Assembly (NCBI GenBank): GCA_017522135.1
Contig: JAFXAB010000013.1
Span: 15,375-79,374 of the forward strand
Reading direction: 5' to 3'
Origin: Bacteroidaceae bacterium
Lineage (GTDB): Bacteria > Bacteroidota > Bacteroidia > Bacteroidales > Barnesiellaceae_A
DNA length: 64,000 nucleotides
The notes beneath the pieces are model-generated. The model saw only the letters and a list, made by a program, of their open reading frames with translations. It had not been told where the DNA came from and made no database searches. Of this stretch, positions 41,272 to 51,011 are shown in pieces (within the stretch, counting starts at the first letter, position 1; every line of letters starts with the position of its first letter). Both the position numbers and the translations under genes were made by a program.

Positions 41272-43344
41272 ATGAAAACGACTCAACATATCATAGCTCT
41301 ACAGCAAGGATGGGTATTGATACCCTCGGGAGGCGAATCAAACGGATTGGCAGCCACCATCCAGTATGAACTGATGCAGGCCGGTTATATGCTCGACAGC
41401 CACGCCTACCACGCTATTGAATATGCCCCCCGTGAAGAGGCAGTGCAATTTCACCTTGAAGTAATTGAGTATCTGCGCACGATGTTGGGCGACACAGGCA
41501 ACTTCAAGCCCTTCTACGAAGGGTTTCCACAAGAAGTAATGGAACTGAGTCATGCCGAACTGTTTATCAATCAACTCGTTTACTATTGGAGCAATGGGGC
41601 TTTTACACCCGAGGTATGGAAAGGCGAAAGGCCTCAAGCATTTGAGCACCCTCACTACACTATGTTGCGATGCGCCACACGAGAAGAGTTTGAGTCGTTA
41701 TTCACCACCCTATGTGCAAGCAATCAGGCCCACACACAGCAGAGTCGCGACACGTTGCTATGGTTTGTACGCAACTACCCCAACGTAAAGCAACTATTAC
41801 CCGAGCAAGTACCTTTCAAAGAGACCATGTGTATGCTTGCCGCTGAGGGTATGCCCATTCGTCTTGCTACAGCCACCGATGTGTTGCGATTGGCAGTATA
41901 TATGTCAGGTGGCGATATTTCATTGCCACCCGTTCCACCTACACACTACACTATCAACTGCGATGGAGTTGACCGCAAGTTTGAGAATAAAGCGGCACGT
42001 GCGTTTCGATTCAAGAAATTCAGTCGCAGCGAGCGTCGCATGCTTCTATCCCACTTAGAGCAATCGTCGTGCGATGCCTCCGAGATGGCATTGCGTGCCG
42101 AGCGTTGGAAACGATTGGGTGAGATACTGCACGCAGGCGAATATGCCCGTCGCTACCCTCGCAGTGCCGAGGCATTGTGCGCTGTGCGCAACTATGCCCG
42201 CAGCTGGTATGCACAAGTCGATGCAACCCATAGCCTCGACGAGCGATTGGCTATACTTTCGCAACGTCCCGGCGAGTTGTTGCGTCGCATCGACCACCTA
42301 TTGCGCGAAGCCGAGAGCGATGTTGAAGTAGACACCATTATACACGCCTACACACAAGCACTGCCACACGCATCGAGCAAGGTGCTCTACGAACTATACA
42401 ACCATTTCCTTCGTCGTAGAGAAGAGGATGTGGTGCGTCCCATCTTACTCAAGCACAAGCGCATACCGATATTCCTTGAAGGTAACGACGCCTTTGACGA
42501 GGCATTGAGCAACAAACTCATAACCCCCATTGCCGTAGAACTAAAGAGACGTTACAGCACTTTAGAACCATTGGGGAAGGTCTACCTCGACGAGCGACTG
42601 AAAGGCATCCCGGTGCCTATGCAGATGCGAGGACTCAATCCGGCACTCAAGACCCTTGTGCGTGGCACACGAGTACCTTTGGACAACCCACAAGCCCGCG
42701 TGGTACGTTTCTACCTCCATTGGATAGACAAAGACGGGCGCGAAGACCTCGACCTGTCGGCTACCTTTGTAGGCGATAATGGCATAGAAACAATATCGTG
42801 GGCAACCGGCCTCAAAAACGATTGCGCCATCCACTCGGGCGACGTGCGCCATCGCAAAGGCGACTGTGCCGAGTACATCGACGTAATACTCGATGAGGCA
42901 CGCAAAGAGTTTCGCTACGTTGTGGTAACAGCCAACAACTTCGAGCGTCGCCCCATGAACAGTGTCGATGCCGCATTCGGCTACATGGAACGCGAACACC
43001 CCGAGGCCAATACCACATGGATGCCCGAAACGACAGCCAACAGTTTCCGGTTTTCGTCAGAGGCACAAGGTGTGCACATGGTAATACTCGACCTGTCACT
43101 CATGGAGTATATAGTACTCGATATAGACAGCAACTCGCTACCTGTAGCCTACCTCGACACATCGCTCATGCTCGACCTCATCAGGCTATACACCGATACT
43201 CCGGCACTCGACATGTACACCTTGTTATCGTGGCACATCGAAGCACGAGGTACACTCGCTGCGACACCCACAGAGGCCGACACAGTAATGAATTATGAAA
43301 ATTTCACGACACAATATACCCAATGTTTGAAATATAAAGTGTAA
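41272..43344 (+). CDS. Hypothetical 690-aa protein with a TerD-like C-terminal domain
   Basis: The N-terminal ~470 aa are unrecognised. Residues ~480-600 align by eye to the TerD pattern (YLHWIDKDGREDLDLSATFVGDNG..., AIHSGDVRHRKGDCAEYIDVILDEA, FRYVVVTANNF). A TACATTTG box sits at 41260-41267, immediately before the ATG. Confidence 0.6.
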   Translation: MKTTQHIIALQQGWVLIPSGGESNGLAATIQYELMQAGYMLDSHAYHAIEYAPREEAVQFHLEVIEYLRTMLGDTGNFKPFYEGFPQEVMELSHAELFINQLVYYWSNGAFTPEVWKGERPQAFEHPHYTMLRCATREEFESLFTTLCASNQAHTQQSRDTLLWFVRNYPNVKQLLPEQVPFKETMCMLAAEGMPIRLATATDVLRLAVYMSGGDISLPPVPPTHYTINCDGVDRKFENKAARAFRFKKFSRSERRMLLSHLEQSSCDASEMALRAERWKRLGEILHAGEYARRYPRSAEALCAVRNYARSWYAQVDATHSLDERLAILSQRPGELLRRIDHLLREAESDVEVDTIIHAYTQALPHASSKVLYELYNHFLRRREEDVVRPILLKHKRIPIFLEGNDAFDEALSNKLITPIAVELKRRYSTLEPLGKVYLDERLKGIPVPMQMRGLNPALKTLVRGTRVPLDNPQARVVRFYLHWIDKDGREDLDLSATFVGDNGIETISWATGLKNDCAIHSGDVRHRKGDCAEYIDVILDEARKEFRYVVVTANNFERRPMNSVDAAFGYMEREHPEANTTWMPETTANSFRFSSEAQGVHMVILDLSLMEYIVLDIDSNSLPVAYLDTSLMLDLIRLYTDTPALDMYTLLSWHIEARGTLAATPTEADTVMNYENFTTQYTQCLKYKV

Positions 43345-43558
43345 ATTTGCAACACATACAGCAGACAGCACCCGACCATAGAGTCGCAACCCTATAAGCA
43401 GGCTATCGGCGAAGTTACTTCTACAAGATGCTCCCCGAGCAACGTTATTTCACTTCCCGGCTCACCTGCTTTTTTTATGCTCAACGACCGCGGTTGTTTG
43501 GTAATATATCAACTTTTTGCTATCTTCGCACTCGTATTAAAAAAACAGCATATAATTT

Positions 43559-44620
43559 ATGAAAGATATTGTAGTGAGCGGTATTCGCTCGACAGGCAAC
43601 CTACACTTGGGCAACTATTATGGTGCATTGTGCAACTTTGTTAAGATGCAAGAAGAGAGCAACTGCTACTTCTTCATAGCCGACCTGCACGCACTCACTA
43701 CCCACCCCGACCCCGCTATGCTCCACGAAAATGTCAAGAACATTCTTGCCGAGTATTTGGCCGCAGGTCTCGACCCCGAAAAGTCAACAATATTCATACA
43801 AAGTGATGTGCCCGAAATATCGCAACTATACCTCTTGATGAACATGCACGTAGGTATAGGCGAGTTGATGCGTACTGCATCATTCAAGGACAAAGCACGC
43901 AAGCAACTCCACCTCGACACCCATGCCAACGAGAGTGAAGATGCCATCGAAAAAGAGATTATAAGCGACACATCCAAGAATCGTGTCAACGCCGGATTGC
44001 TCACCTACCCCACACTCATGGCCGCCGACATCCTCATTCACAAGGCCACCAAAGTACCTGTAGGCAAAGACCAAGAGCAACACTTGGAGATGACACGCCG
44101 CTTTGCCCGTCGATTCAACTCGGTATACGGCGTAGAACTCTTCCCCGAGCCCGCCAGCTACAACTTTGGTCAAGCCAGCATCAAAGTTCCCGGCCTCGAC
44201 GGCAGTGGCAAGATGGGTAAGAGCGAAGGCAATTGTATATACCTATGCGACGAAGAGAAAGTATTGCGCAAGAAGGTAATGCGTGCCGTTACCGACGAAG
44301 GTCCTCAATCGCCCAACTCGCCCAAGAGCGAGCCTCTTGAAAACCTCTTCACCCTCCTCAAGATCGTCTCTACACCCGACGTGGTATGCTACTTTGAGGA
44401 GCAATACAACAATTGCTCCATCCGCTATGGCGACCTTAAGAAACAACTCGCCGAGGATATTCTCAAGACAACAACCCCCATACGTGAACGCATCCTTGAC
44501 ATACGCAGCAACGACGAGTATCTGCGTCGCGTGGTAGCACAAGGAGCCGAGCGTGCCCGTGAAAGTGCAGCCCGCACCCTTGCCGAGGTGCGCAAAGTAA
44601 TGGGTTTCAAGGCCTTTTAA
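43559..44620 (+). CDS. trpS: Tryptophan--tRNA ligase
   Basis: 353 aa with HIGH-type (TGNLHLGNYYGA) and KMSKS-type (KMGKS) motifs. A near-consensus TATCTTCG box lies at 43521-43528. Confidence 0.9.
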   Translation: MKDIVVSGIRSTGNLHLGNYYGALCNFVKMQEESNCYFFIADLHALTTHPDPAMLHENVKNILAEYLAAGLDPEKSTIFIQSDVPEISQLYLLMNMHVGIGELMRTASFKDKARKQLHLDTHANESEDAIEKEIISDTSKNRVNAGLLTYPTLMAADILIHKATKVPVGKDQEQHLEMTRRFARRFNSVYGVELFPEPASYNFGQASIKVPGLDGSGKMGKSEGNCIYLCDEEKVLRKKVMRAVTDEGPQSPNSPKSEPLENLFTLLKIVSTPDVVCYFEEQYNNCSIRYGDLKKQLAEDILKTTTPIRERILDIRSNDEYLRRVVAQGAERARESAARTLAEVRKVMGFKAF

Positions 44621-44643
44621 GAATATACCACACCTATATATTA

Positions 44644-44680
44644 CAACGGATTGCATTGAACGTGCAATCCGTTGCTGTTT
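44644..44680 (+). terminator. Hairpin terminator after trpS
   Basis: caacggattgca (44644-44655) pairs with tgcaatccgttg (44663-44674), giving a 12-bp perfect stem. It is followed by ctgttt. Confidence 0.6.
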
Positions 44681-44899
44681 CAATCCACCACGTATCAGGC
44701 ACTACTCTGCAATAAGCTATCATCCGCCAACACGCAGCAACATTCACCGACGATATAATAGCAAATTGACAACATAACATCGCATTACAAACCCATTCAA
44801 CAAACAACAAGTCCTATAAACATTATTCTACAATTGTTACACATTGCAAAAAGCCCGAAGTTTCTCAACAAAAGATAGTTGTAATAGCAAAACATTTCG

Positions 44900-44907
44900 T
44901 AATTTTG
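44900..44907 (+). promoter_or_regulatory. -7 promoter box (TAATTTTG) upstream of the 1251-aa T9SS cargo gene
   Basis: TAATTTTG lies on the plus strand, 69 nt before the ATG at 44976. Confidence 0.45.
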
Positions 44908-44975
44908 CACCGTAATTAATGTTATTGTGTATATAGTGATTCTAAAACAAATTTAATTTTTATATTCACATTTTT

Positions 44976-47900
44976 ATGAAGAAAACACTCTCCATTATCG
45001 TGTGTGCATTGTTGAGCATCTGCTCGGCATGGGCACAGGAAGGTCCTGTTATCAAAAAATTTATTTTTGACGACTCGGCCATTATTAACGGTATGTCGGA
45101 CAACGGCCAATATGCATGCGCCAATGCCTTCAATGCCGAAGATGCACTGATACAAACCGGTGCTCGTCTTATTGAGATTGACACAGAGACAGTAACAGAC
45201 CTGGCTGCAAACTATTCGGCAGGAAGTTACGCTTCAATGGGTACTGCCGACGTTACCAATGATGGTAGCATTGTTGTTGGCGAACTCAATCACAAGCCCG
45301 CCTACTGGTCAAAAGCAAGTGGCAAATGGACCAATCTGCCTTGTGAAGACAGCGAATGGTATGGTGAGGTAAATGCAATCACACCTGATGGTAAGTATGC
45401 CGTAGGTCGTCAATCAATCGACGAAGACGGCTTCTACTCACTACCCGCCTTGTGGGATATGACAACAGGCGAGTTGGTTGAGTGCCTCGGTATACCCGAG
45501 TATGACATGACCGGCCAAAACCAAGACCAAAACTGGTTTAACCAAATCTCGCCCGACGGTAAGCTCATCTTGGGTTGTATCTCTTACAGCTACATATCTG
45601 AGCAACTTTATTATATCTACGATGTTGATAAAAAAAGCTATACACCCATAGGCTTTACCGAAAGCAACAAGCGTTTTACTCCTGTTGTAGAAAATATTCT
45701 TTTTATCAACAGTGCCAACTTCAGCAACAATGCCGAGTGGATAACCGGTCGTGCCTACATCTATAAAGCCTTAGAGGGTAGCGAGTTCGGCAACCAATAC
45801 GAAACAACTTATGTATACAACATAAAGACCGGCGATTTCACGCTCTACGATGCAACATTCGACAGTGACATGGTAGCCAGCGTAATCGACAACAACGGTC
45901 ATGCCATGGCAGCTACACCCAGCGGCACTCCTATCCGCGAGTGGAGCATACGCAACGGTGCATACTGGTTCCCTTTCAACCAAATCCTGAAGCAACAATA
46001 TGGCTATGATTTCTACGCAAAGACCTCTTTTGAGAACACCGGTACACCCTTATTCCTCAGCGATGACAATAAACGCGCTGCTGTAATGGTTGACCCCTAC
46101 TCATCGTATGTAGTAACATTGCCCACCACCTTTAGCGATGCATGTAATGGTGTAGACTTGCTCGGCTCTTACATTATATACCCTCGTGAGGGTGCTACAA
46201 TCTCTCGCCTCAAAGAGATTACATTGACATTCGACCACGACATACAGATAATCGGAGCAAAGACCTGTGTAGAGATACGCAATGCAGCCGGTGACGTTGT
46301 ATACAACTCGATAGGACTTACTGCCAACGGCAAAAAAGCCACTATCACATACCGCAGCGGCTCGCTCAGTGCCGGTGAAAAGTACACCTTACACGTTCCT
46401 GCCGGCTCTATAGCTTTGGCTCAAGACAAATCCATGAGCAACAAAGATATAAACATATCATACAATGGTCGCGAAAATGCCCCTGTGAAGGTAACCACTA
46501 TCTATCCGGCCGAGGGTAGTGCCATTGCCAAGATAGACAACAACACCAATCCTATCGTGCTTACATTTGATGTTCCGGTATACTTGCCCGACTCGGCTAT
46601 CGCCTATCTCTACAAAGAAGATGAAATTGAGCCTATTGCATCTATGCTCATGGCCTACAACAACAATGTAGTGGCTGTATACCCCAACACAACTCAATAC
46701 CTCTTTAAAGACAACAACTATCGCGTAGAGGTAATGCCCGGCTCGGTAACAGACGTAGCCGGTAATGGTGCCAACGAAATAATCACTATCGAATATCAAG
46801 GCAGCTTCGAACGCGAGATTGTTTACGACGACAACTCGTTGCTTATAGAGAACTTCAACACCGTGGGTGTTGCCAACTGCTTGCCTTGGGATGCCGACCG
46901 CAACACTCCCAACAGCCTTGCTCAAGCCATCGGTTTCGACCGTCACGATTATGGCTGGGCTATCGCATGGGACGAAAACGACAACAATATTGCCGCATCG
47001 TCACACTCAATGTACGATCCCGCAGGTAAGAGCAACGACTGGCTCATCATTCCTCAACTATACATACCCGATGAGAAATGCGCCCTATCGTTCTTGTCAC
47101 AAAGTTTCATGAGCGGCTACCAAGACTACTTGAAGGTATACATCTGGGCCAACGACGAGGTTATCGATATGCCCAGCGACGAGTTGGTAAACCGCTTTGC
47201 TCAAGAGGCCGACTTGGTATACAACGAATTGCAATCGCCCGGCAACGATGACAACACCCTCGCCGGTGACTGGAAAGAGAATTACATAAACCTTGCCAAC
47301 TATGCCGGCAAGAACATTTACATTGCATTTGTAAACGACAATGAAAACCAAAGTGCCGTCTTTATCGACGATGTAATGGTATCGCACAACAAGCCATTCC
47401 GCATTGCCTTCACAAATGAAACATCGGTTGTAGCTCTCAACGAAATTCTCATCGAGGGAGCAATGTCTATCGACTCAGATACCGACGTATACGAGTCTAT
47501 CTCTCTCACGCTCACCGACATGTCGGGCAATGATATAGAGACTATCAACGAGACAGGACTATCACTCAAGAAAGGTGATGTATATAAATTTGCTTTCACC
47601 AAAGCATTGCCTTTGACTGTAGGTTTGGAAAATAAATTTACACTCAAGGTTGTATGCAACGACAACCAATATGATATAGACGGCAAGATTACCAATCTTG
47701 CATTTGAGCCTGTCAAACGCGTAGTTCTTGAAGAAATCTCGGGTATGGGATGTCAAAACTGTCCTCTCGGTTTCATCAGTATCGAGAAGATACATGACTT
47801 GTATGGCGACTTGTTCATTCCTATTTGTATCCGCACTTTCCAAGATCCTCTTGGTGCCGGCCTTACCAGCTATACCGACTTCCTTGGTCTATCGGCAGCA

Positions 47901-48731
47901 CCTTCGGGTGTCATCAACCGCAAGAGCATCAGTTTCCCCGCTGTTTCATACAACGGCGACTACTACTTCAGCAATGCTCAACTCCCCGCAGGAGGCGATA
48001 AAATGTGGCTCGATATCGTAGGTGAAGAGCTGGAAATACCTACCGAGGCCGATATCGCAATTGGCGAAATGGGAGTAGATGCAACAACCAACGAATTTGT
48101 CATCCCCTGTACTATCAGATACGCATTGGATGCCGAAAATAGCAACCTCAACCTCTTCACCGTTGTTATGGAGGACTATGTATCATCTATGCAAAAGAAC
48201 GGTTTCTCTTCAATAGAAGCAGAGAGTCTTGGCGAATGGGGCAAGGGTGGCTTGTATGGTCAAAGCCTTGTAATGGATTATAACCTGCTTGATGTATGTC
48301 GCTCATACGAGGGTATGACATTCAATGGCACAGGTGGCTACTTCCCCCAAGAAATTGTAGCCGGCCAAGAATATACTGCCGAGATTCGCACTAAGGTTCC
48401 TGCAACAATAGGCAACCTTGCCAACTGCAAGATTGTAGTAATGTTGATAGATGCCAACACCGGTGCATACATCAATGCAGCCCTCAGCAACAACTTTACA
48501 GGTGTACATAACATCAGCAATAATGCCAATGCTACCGTAACCACTGCCAACGGCAAGATTATCGTTACCACAACCGATGATGCTCGTGTAGAGGCTTATA
48601 GCACAAACGGTACTATGTTGGGCACTACCTATGGCAATGGCCATATCTCGCTTGATGCTCCTGCCGGTATTGCTATCGTCAAGGTGGTAACAGGCAATGA
48701 TGTTACAGTAACAAAAGTTCTTGTAAAATAA
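44976..48731 (+). CDS. Giant multidomain T9SS cargo protein: PD40-like beta-propeller, Ig-like repeats, choice-of-anchor-J-like domain, Omp28-like CxxC domain and a CTD
   Basis: 1251 aa with a signal peptide and recurring xDGxxxxG blade-like motifs (SDNGQYA, TNDGSIVVG, TPDGKYAVG, SPDGKLILG, DNNGHAMA). It has SbsA-type Ig-like segments (IYPREGATISRLKEITLTFD, IYPAEGSAIAKI), NDWLIIPQLYIP...IYIAFVNDN..FIDDVMV, the motif LEEISGMGCQNCPLG, and a C-terminal GIAIVKVVTGNDVTVTKVLVK. Confidence 0.65.
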   Translation: MKKTLSIIVCALLSICSAWAQEGPVIKKFIFDDSAIINGMSDNGQYACANAFNAEDALIQTGARLIEIDTETVTDLAANYSAGSYASMGTADVTNDGSIVVGELNHKPAYWSKASGKWTNLPCEDSEWYGEVNAITPDGKYAVGRQSIDEDGFYSLPALWDMTTGELVECLGIPEYDMTGQNQDQNWFNQISPDGKLILGCISYSYISEQLYYIYDVDKKSYTPIGFTESNKRFTPVVENILFINSANFSNNAEWITGRAYIYKALEGSEFGNQYETTYVYNIKTGDFTLYDATFDSDMVASVIDNNGHAMAATPSGTPIREWSIRNGAYWFPFNQILKQQYGYDFYAKTSFENTGTPLFLSDDNKRAAVMVDPYSSYVVTLPTTFSDACNGVDLLGSYIIYPREGATISRLKEITLTFDHDIQIIGAKTCVEIRNAAGDVVYNSIGLTANGKKATITYRSGSLSAGEKYTLHVPAGSIALAQDKSMSNKDINISYNGRENAPVKVTTIYPAEGSAIAKIDNNTNPIVLTFDVPVYLPDSAIAYLYKEDEIEPIASMLMAYNNNVVAVYPNTTQYLFKDNNYRVEVMPGSVTDVAGNGANEIITIEYQGSFEREIVYDDNSLLIENFNTVGVANCLPWDADRNTPNSLAQAIGFDRHDYGWAIAWDENDNNIAASSHSMYDPAGKSNDWLIIPQLYIPDEKCALSFLSQSFMSGYQDYLKVYIWANDEVIDMPSDELVNRFAQEADLVYNELQSPGNDDNTLAGDWKENYINLANYAGKNIYIAFVNDNENQSAVFIDDVMVSHNKPFRIAFTNETSVVALNEILIEGAMSIDSDTDVYESISLTLTDMSGNDIETINETGLSLKKGDVYKFAFTKALPLTVGLENKFTLKVVCNDNQYDIDGKITNLAFEPVKRVVLEEISGMGCQNCPLGFISIEKIHDLYGDLFIPICIRTFQDPLGAGLTSYTDFLGLSAAPSGVINRKSISFPAVSYNGDYYFSNAQLPAGGDKMWLDIVGEELEIPTEADIAIGEMGVDATTNEFVIPCTIRYALDAENSNLNLFTVVMEDYVSSMQKNGFSSIEAESLGEWGKGGLYGQSLVMDYNLLDVCRSYEGMTFNGTGGYFPQEIVAGQEYTAEIRTKVPATIGNLANCKIVVMLIDANTGAYINAALSNNFTGVHNISNNANATVTTANGKIIVTTTDDARVEAYSTNGTMLGTTYGNGHISLDAPAGIAIVKVVTGNDVTVTKVLVK

Positions 48732-48742
48732 TCTTCCCTGAC

Positions 48743-48774
48743 ATACGCAATGCACTATCCGGTGCATTGCGTAT
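48743..48774 (+). other. Intergenic hairpin between the two T9SS cargo genes
   Basis: atacgcaatgcac (48743-48755) pairs with gtgcattgcgtat (48762-48774), giving a 13-bp perfect stem. There is no U-tract, so it is possibly a processing or partial-termination site. Confidence 0.45.
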
Positions 48775-48804
48775 ATAAAACGAACAACTATTATACACAG
48801 CCTT

Positions 48805-50406
48805 ATGAAAAAATTTATCACACTGATACTCTCAGTTATAGCACTTGGCTCAATATCGTTCAGTGCCAACGCCAAATTGGTTGACTTGGGACAAATGCAA
48901 TTGGACACCGATTACCAAATACCTGCCGACTTCAACTCATATATAGGTACATTTGTAGCACCTGCTACCGGCACACTTATTGCCACCGGTTCTAATTCGA
49001 CAGTACTCGAGCCATACCACGCACAACTCGATGATATGGAAGCCGAAGGTAATCATATCCCCGTCAACTACGACAACTACTACGGTGACAAACAATATCA
49101 CTTTGACATTACAGAGGGTACTACCTATTATTTCTACCTCGACTTTTCAATGAATGAATGTACCTTCCGCCTATCGATGGATAGTGGAGAGGGCATCCAG
49201 ATAGCCAAATGCACACCCGAAGCCGGTAGCGTATTCAGTGTATCGGGCGGTGGCTTGGTATCGATACAATTCAACCGTGCAGTACGCATGGACGACCAAG
49301 CTAAGATTGTAGCCGGCGAGCGAGAAGCATCAGTTGCTGTCAACGGTCAGGCCAACATCTATTCGATGGAGATAAAAGAGATACTCATGGGTTGGCTCAA
49401 CGATGGTACATTGGTAGGTGGCGACAAATTTGTTGTTCGCTTGACCAACGTAGTAGCCGCCGATGATGCCACACAAATGTACGGTACAGATGGTACTGCC
49501 GAGATAGAATACACCATCGACTCAATGCCCATCAAACTTATCGGTACAGAAAATGCGTCAGGCACATTCAAGTCGTACTACATGGCAGACGATCCTACCG
49601 GCTTGTTAAAGCTGACTTTCGACGGAGATGTTGAGTCGGCCTTGGCCTCACTCTCTTTTGGCAGCACCGACGTCGAAGGAGACTATTATACCGAGACTCT
49701 GACTCCCATCATCGAGGGTAACACCATCACTATCGACCTCCGAGGCAAAACACGTACCCCCGAAATCATGGTAGCATCGGGCAATAACTACAACAACATT
49801 ACAATCTCTTTCAATCGCGTACTCGACACCACAGGCCAATATGCCTACTCCGACCAACAAGGTTCTATCGGTGGTTTCTCATTTACATTCGACGCCTTGG
49901 AGGTAGTTACAGCCGATGTCCTCTGCGAGTTTACACCTGCTCCCAACACAAGCCTCGACGGTGTAGCTCAAATAGAAATATGGATTACCGACGAAGCCAA
50001 GTTGAGCTACGATGGTGTAGTGTTTAAATATGGCAAAAAAGGAGATTTGAACCAAGAGGCTGTTATATACAACAACCTTATTACCAAAGAGGCCGACCCC
50101 GACTTTGAGGGTGCATCAATCCTCTATGTACCTGTTCCCAACGAGGTAATCGGCGATTATTACATCGAGGTTTCGCTCTACAACCTTACAAGTGCCGATG
50201 GTCTTGACCACAGCCAAGATGTCTTTGCAAGCTACTTCAGCGGAAACGCTGCCATCGACAGAGTATTTGGTGACGAAACAAAAGAGTTTGCCGTATACAA
50301 CACTCAAGGTATTCTCGTACTCCACACCACCAACCGCGATGAAGTAAAGAATCTTCCTCAAGGTATCTACATCATCAATGGCGAAAAATTCCTGTTGACT
50401 CGATAA
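48805..50406 (+). CDS. Secreted Ig-like-domain protein with a T9SS C-terminal sorting domain
   Basis: 533 aa with a signal peptide (ISFSANA), a beta-rich repeat architecture and the C-terminus LPQGIYIINGEKFLLTR. Confidence 0.6.
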   Translation: MKKFITLILSVIALGSISFSANAKLVDLGQMQLDTDYQIPADFNSYIGTFVAPATGTLIATGSNSTVLEPYHAQLDDMEAEGNHIPVNYDNYYGDKQYHFDITEGTTYYFYLDFSMNECTFRLSMDSGEGIQIAKCTPEAGSVFSVSGGGLVSIQFNRAVRMDDQAKIVAGEREASVAVNGQANIYSMEIKEILMGWLNDGTLVGGDKFVVRLTNVVAADDATQMYGTDGTAEIEYTIDSMPIKLIGTENASGTFKSYYMADDPTGLLKLTFDGDVESALASLSFGSTDVEGDYYTETLTPIIEGNTITIDLRGKTRTPEIMVASGNNYNNITISFNRVLDTTGQYAYSDQQGSIGGFSFTFDALEVVTADVLCEFTPAPNTSLDGVAQIEIWITDEAKLSYDGVVFKYGKKGDLNQEAVIYNNLITKEADPDFEGASILYVPVPNEVIGDYYIEVSLYNLTSADGLDHSQDVFASYFSGNAAIDRVFGDETKEFAVYNTQGILVLHTTNRDEVKNLPQGIYIINGEKFLLTR

Positions 50407-50427
50407 GAGAGAAATTCTTCATACGAC

Positions 50428-50467
50428 AAACCTCGCAGATCAGCCGGTCTGCGAGGTTTGTGTTTTA
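50428..50467 (+). terminator. Rho-independent terminator after the T9SS cargo pair
   Basis: aaacctcgcaga (50428-50439) pairs with tctgcgaggttt (50448-50459), followed by gtgtttt. Confidence 0.7.
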
Positions 50468-50472
50468 TTTGA

Positions 50473-50553
50473 GGGGTGTCTAAGAGGGTCTTTAGGGTCT
50501 CTAAGGTCTTTAAAAACTCAAAAGTCCTTAGAGACTTTAGAGTCTTTATTGCG
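50473..50553 (+). repeat. Array A of a degenerate 9-bp tandem repeat (consensus about TTTAGRGWC)
   Basis: Units in strict 9-bp register from 50491 are tttagggtc, tctaaggtc, tttaaaaac, tcaaaagtc, cttagagac, tttagagtc and tttattgcg, preceded by ggggtgtc and taagagggtc. The array overlaps the last 12 codons of the TonB-C gene. Confidence 0.8.
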
Positions 50554-50928
50554 TGATAGCTTGAAAACGACCGGCAGAACAAATGTTGTTCGCACAGGCT
50601 CACCATCCTTGTAGCCGGGAGTCCATTTAGGCATCAACCTTACAATGCGCAATACCTCGGCATCACATTCAGGCGATACGCTACGCAAAATCTTGGCATC
50701 AACAACCTCACCGGTTGTTTCAATTACCATCTCTACAATCACTCTACCTTGTACTTTATCTTTGATAGCTTGCTCAGGATAGACAAGGTTCTGAGCTACA
50801 AAGCTCATCAATTCGGTATCACCACCGGGAAATTGAGGTAATTGCTCGCGCTCTTGCGCTACTACATTCATAGCCATGCTTGCTACAAAACAAACGAGCA
50901 AGATTAAAACATTTCTTTTCATATTCAT
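50518..50928 (-). CDS. Periplasmic TonB C-terminal-domain protein (stand-alone)
   Basis: 136 aa with a signal peptide and a TonB_C-like domain (LPQFPGGDTELMSFVAQNLVYPEQA...GRVIVEMVIETTGEV). The C-terminal tail is encoded by repeat array A. Confidence 0.75.
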   Translation of the reverse strand: MNMKRNVLILLVCFVASMAMNVVAQEREQLPQFPGGDTELMSFVAQNLVYPEQAIKDKVQGRVIVEMVIETTGEVVDAKILRSVSPECDAEVLRIVRLMPKWTPGYKDGEPVRTTFVLPVVFKLSRNKDSKVSKDF

Positions 50929-51011
50929 TTCATTTTAAATTAGACAATAGAGATGCTTCCCGCGGCAAAAGCACCTCGGTATTTATAAGATATCTATATT
51001 TCTGAATTTAT

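Noticed and set aside
43345-43558. A possible riboswitch, T-box or attenuator in the 215-nt region upstream of trpS. There is a long-range pairing of agcagg (43397-43402) with cctgct (43465-43470), plus cgg-gaagt with acttcccg, followed by a T7 run.
   Set aside because: The pairing is imperfect and encloses a ~36-nt internal loop. There is no specifier or T-box-like sequence that I recognise, and T-boxes are not expected in Bacteroidota. It is most simply a sloppy terminator for the upstream 690-aa gene, and I could not fold it rigorously by eye.
50367-50606. 79-aa minus-strand ORF (and the 70-aa ORF at 52658-52870) with repetitive LKTLETLKTL and KVSKVSKV peptides.
   Set aside because: These are simply translations of the 9-bp tandem repeat arrays, since 9 bp equals 3 codons. 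There is no independent promoter box or other coding evidence. Only the last 12 codons of the TonB-C gene appear to use array A.
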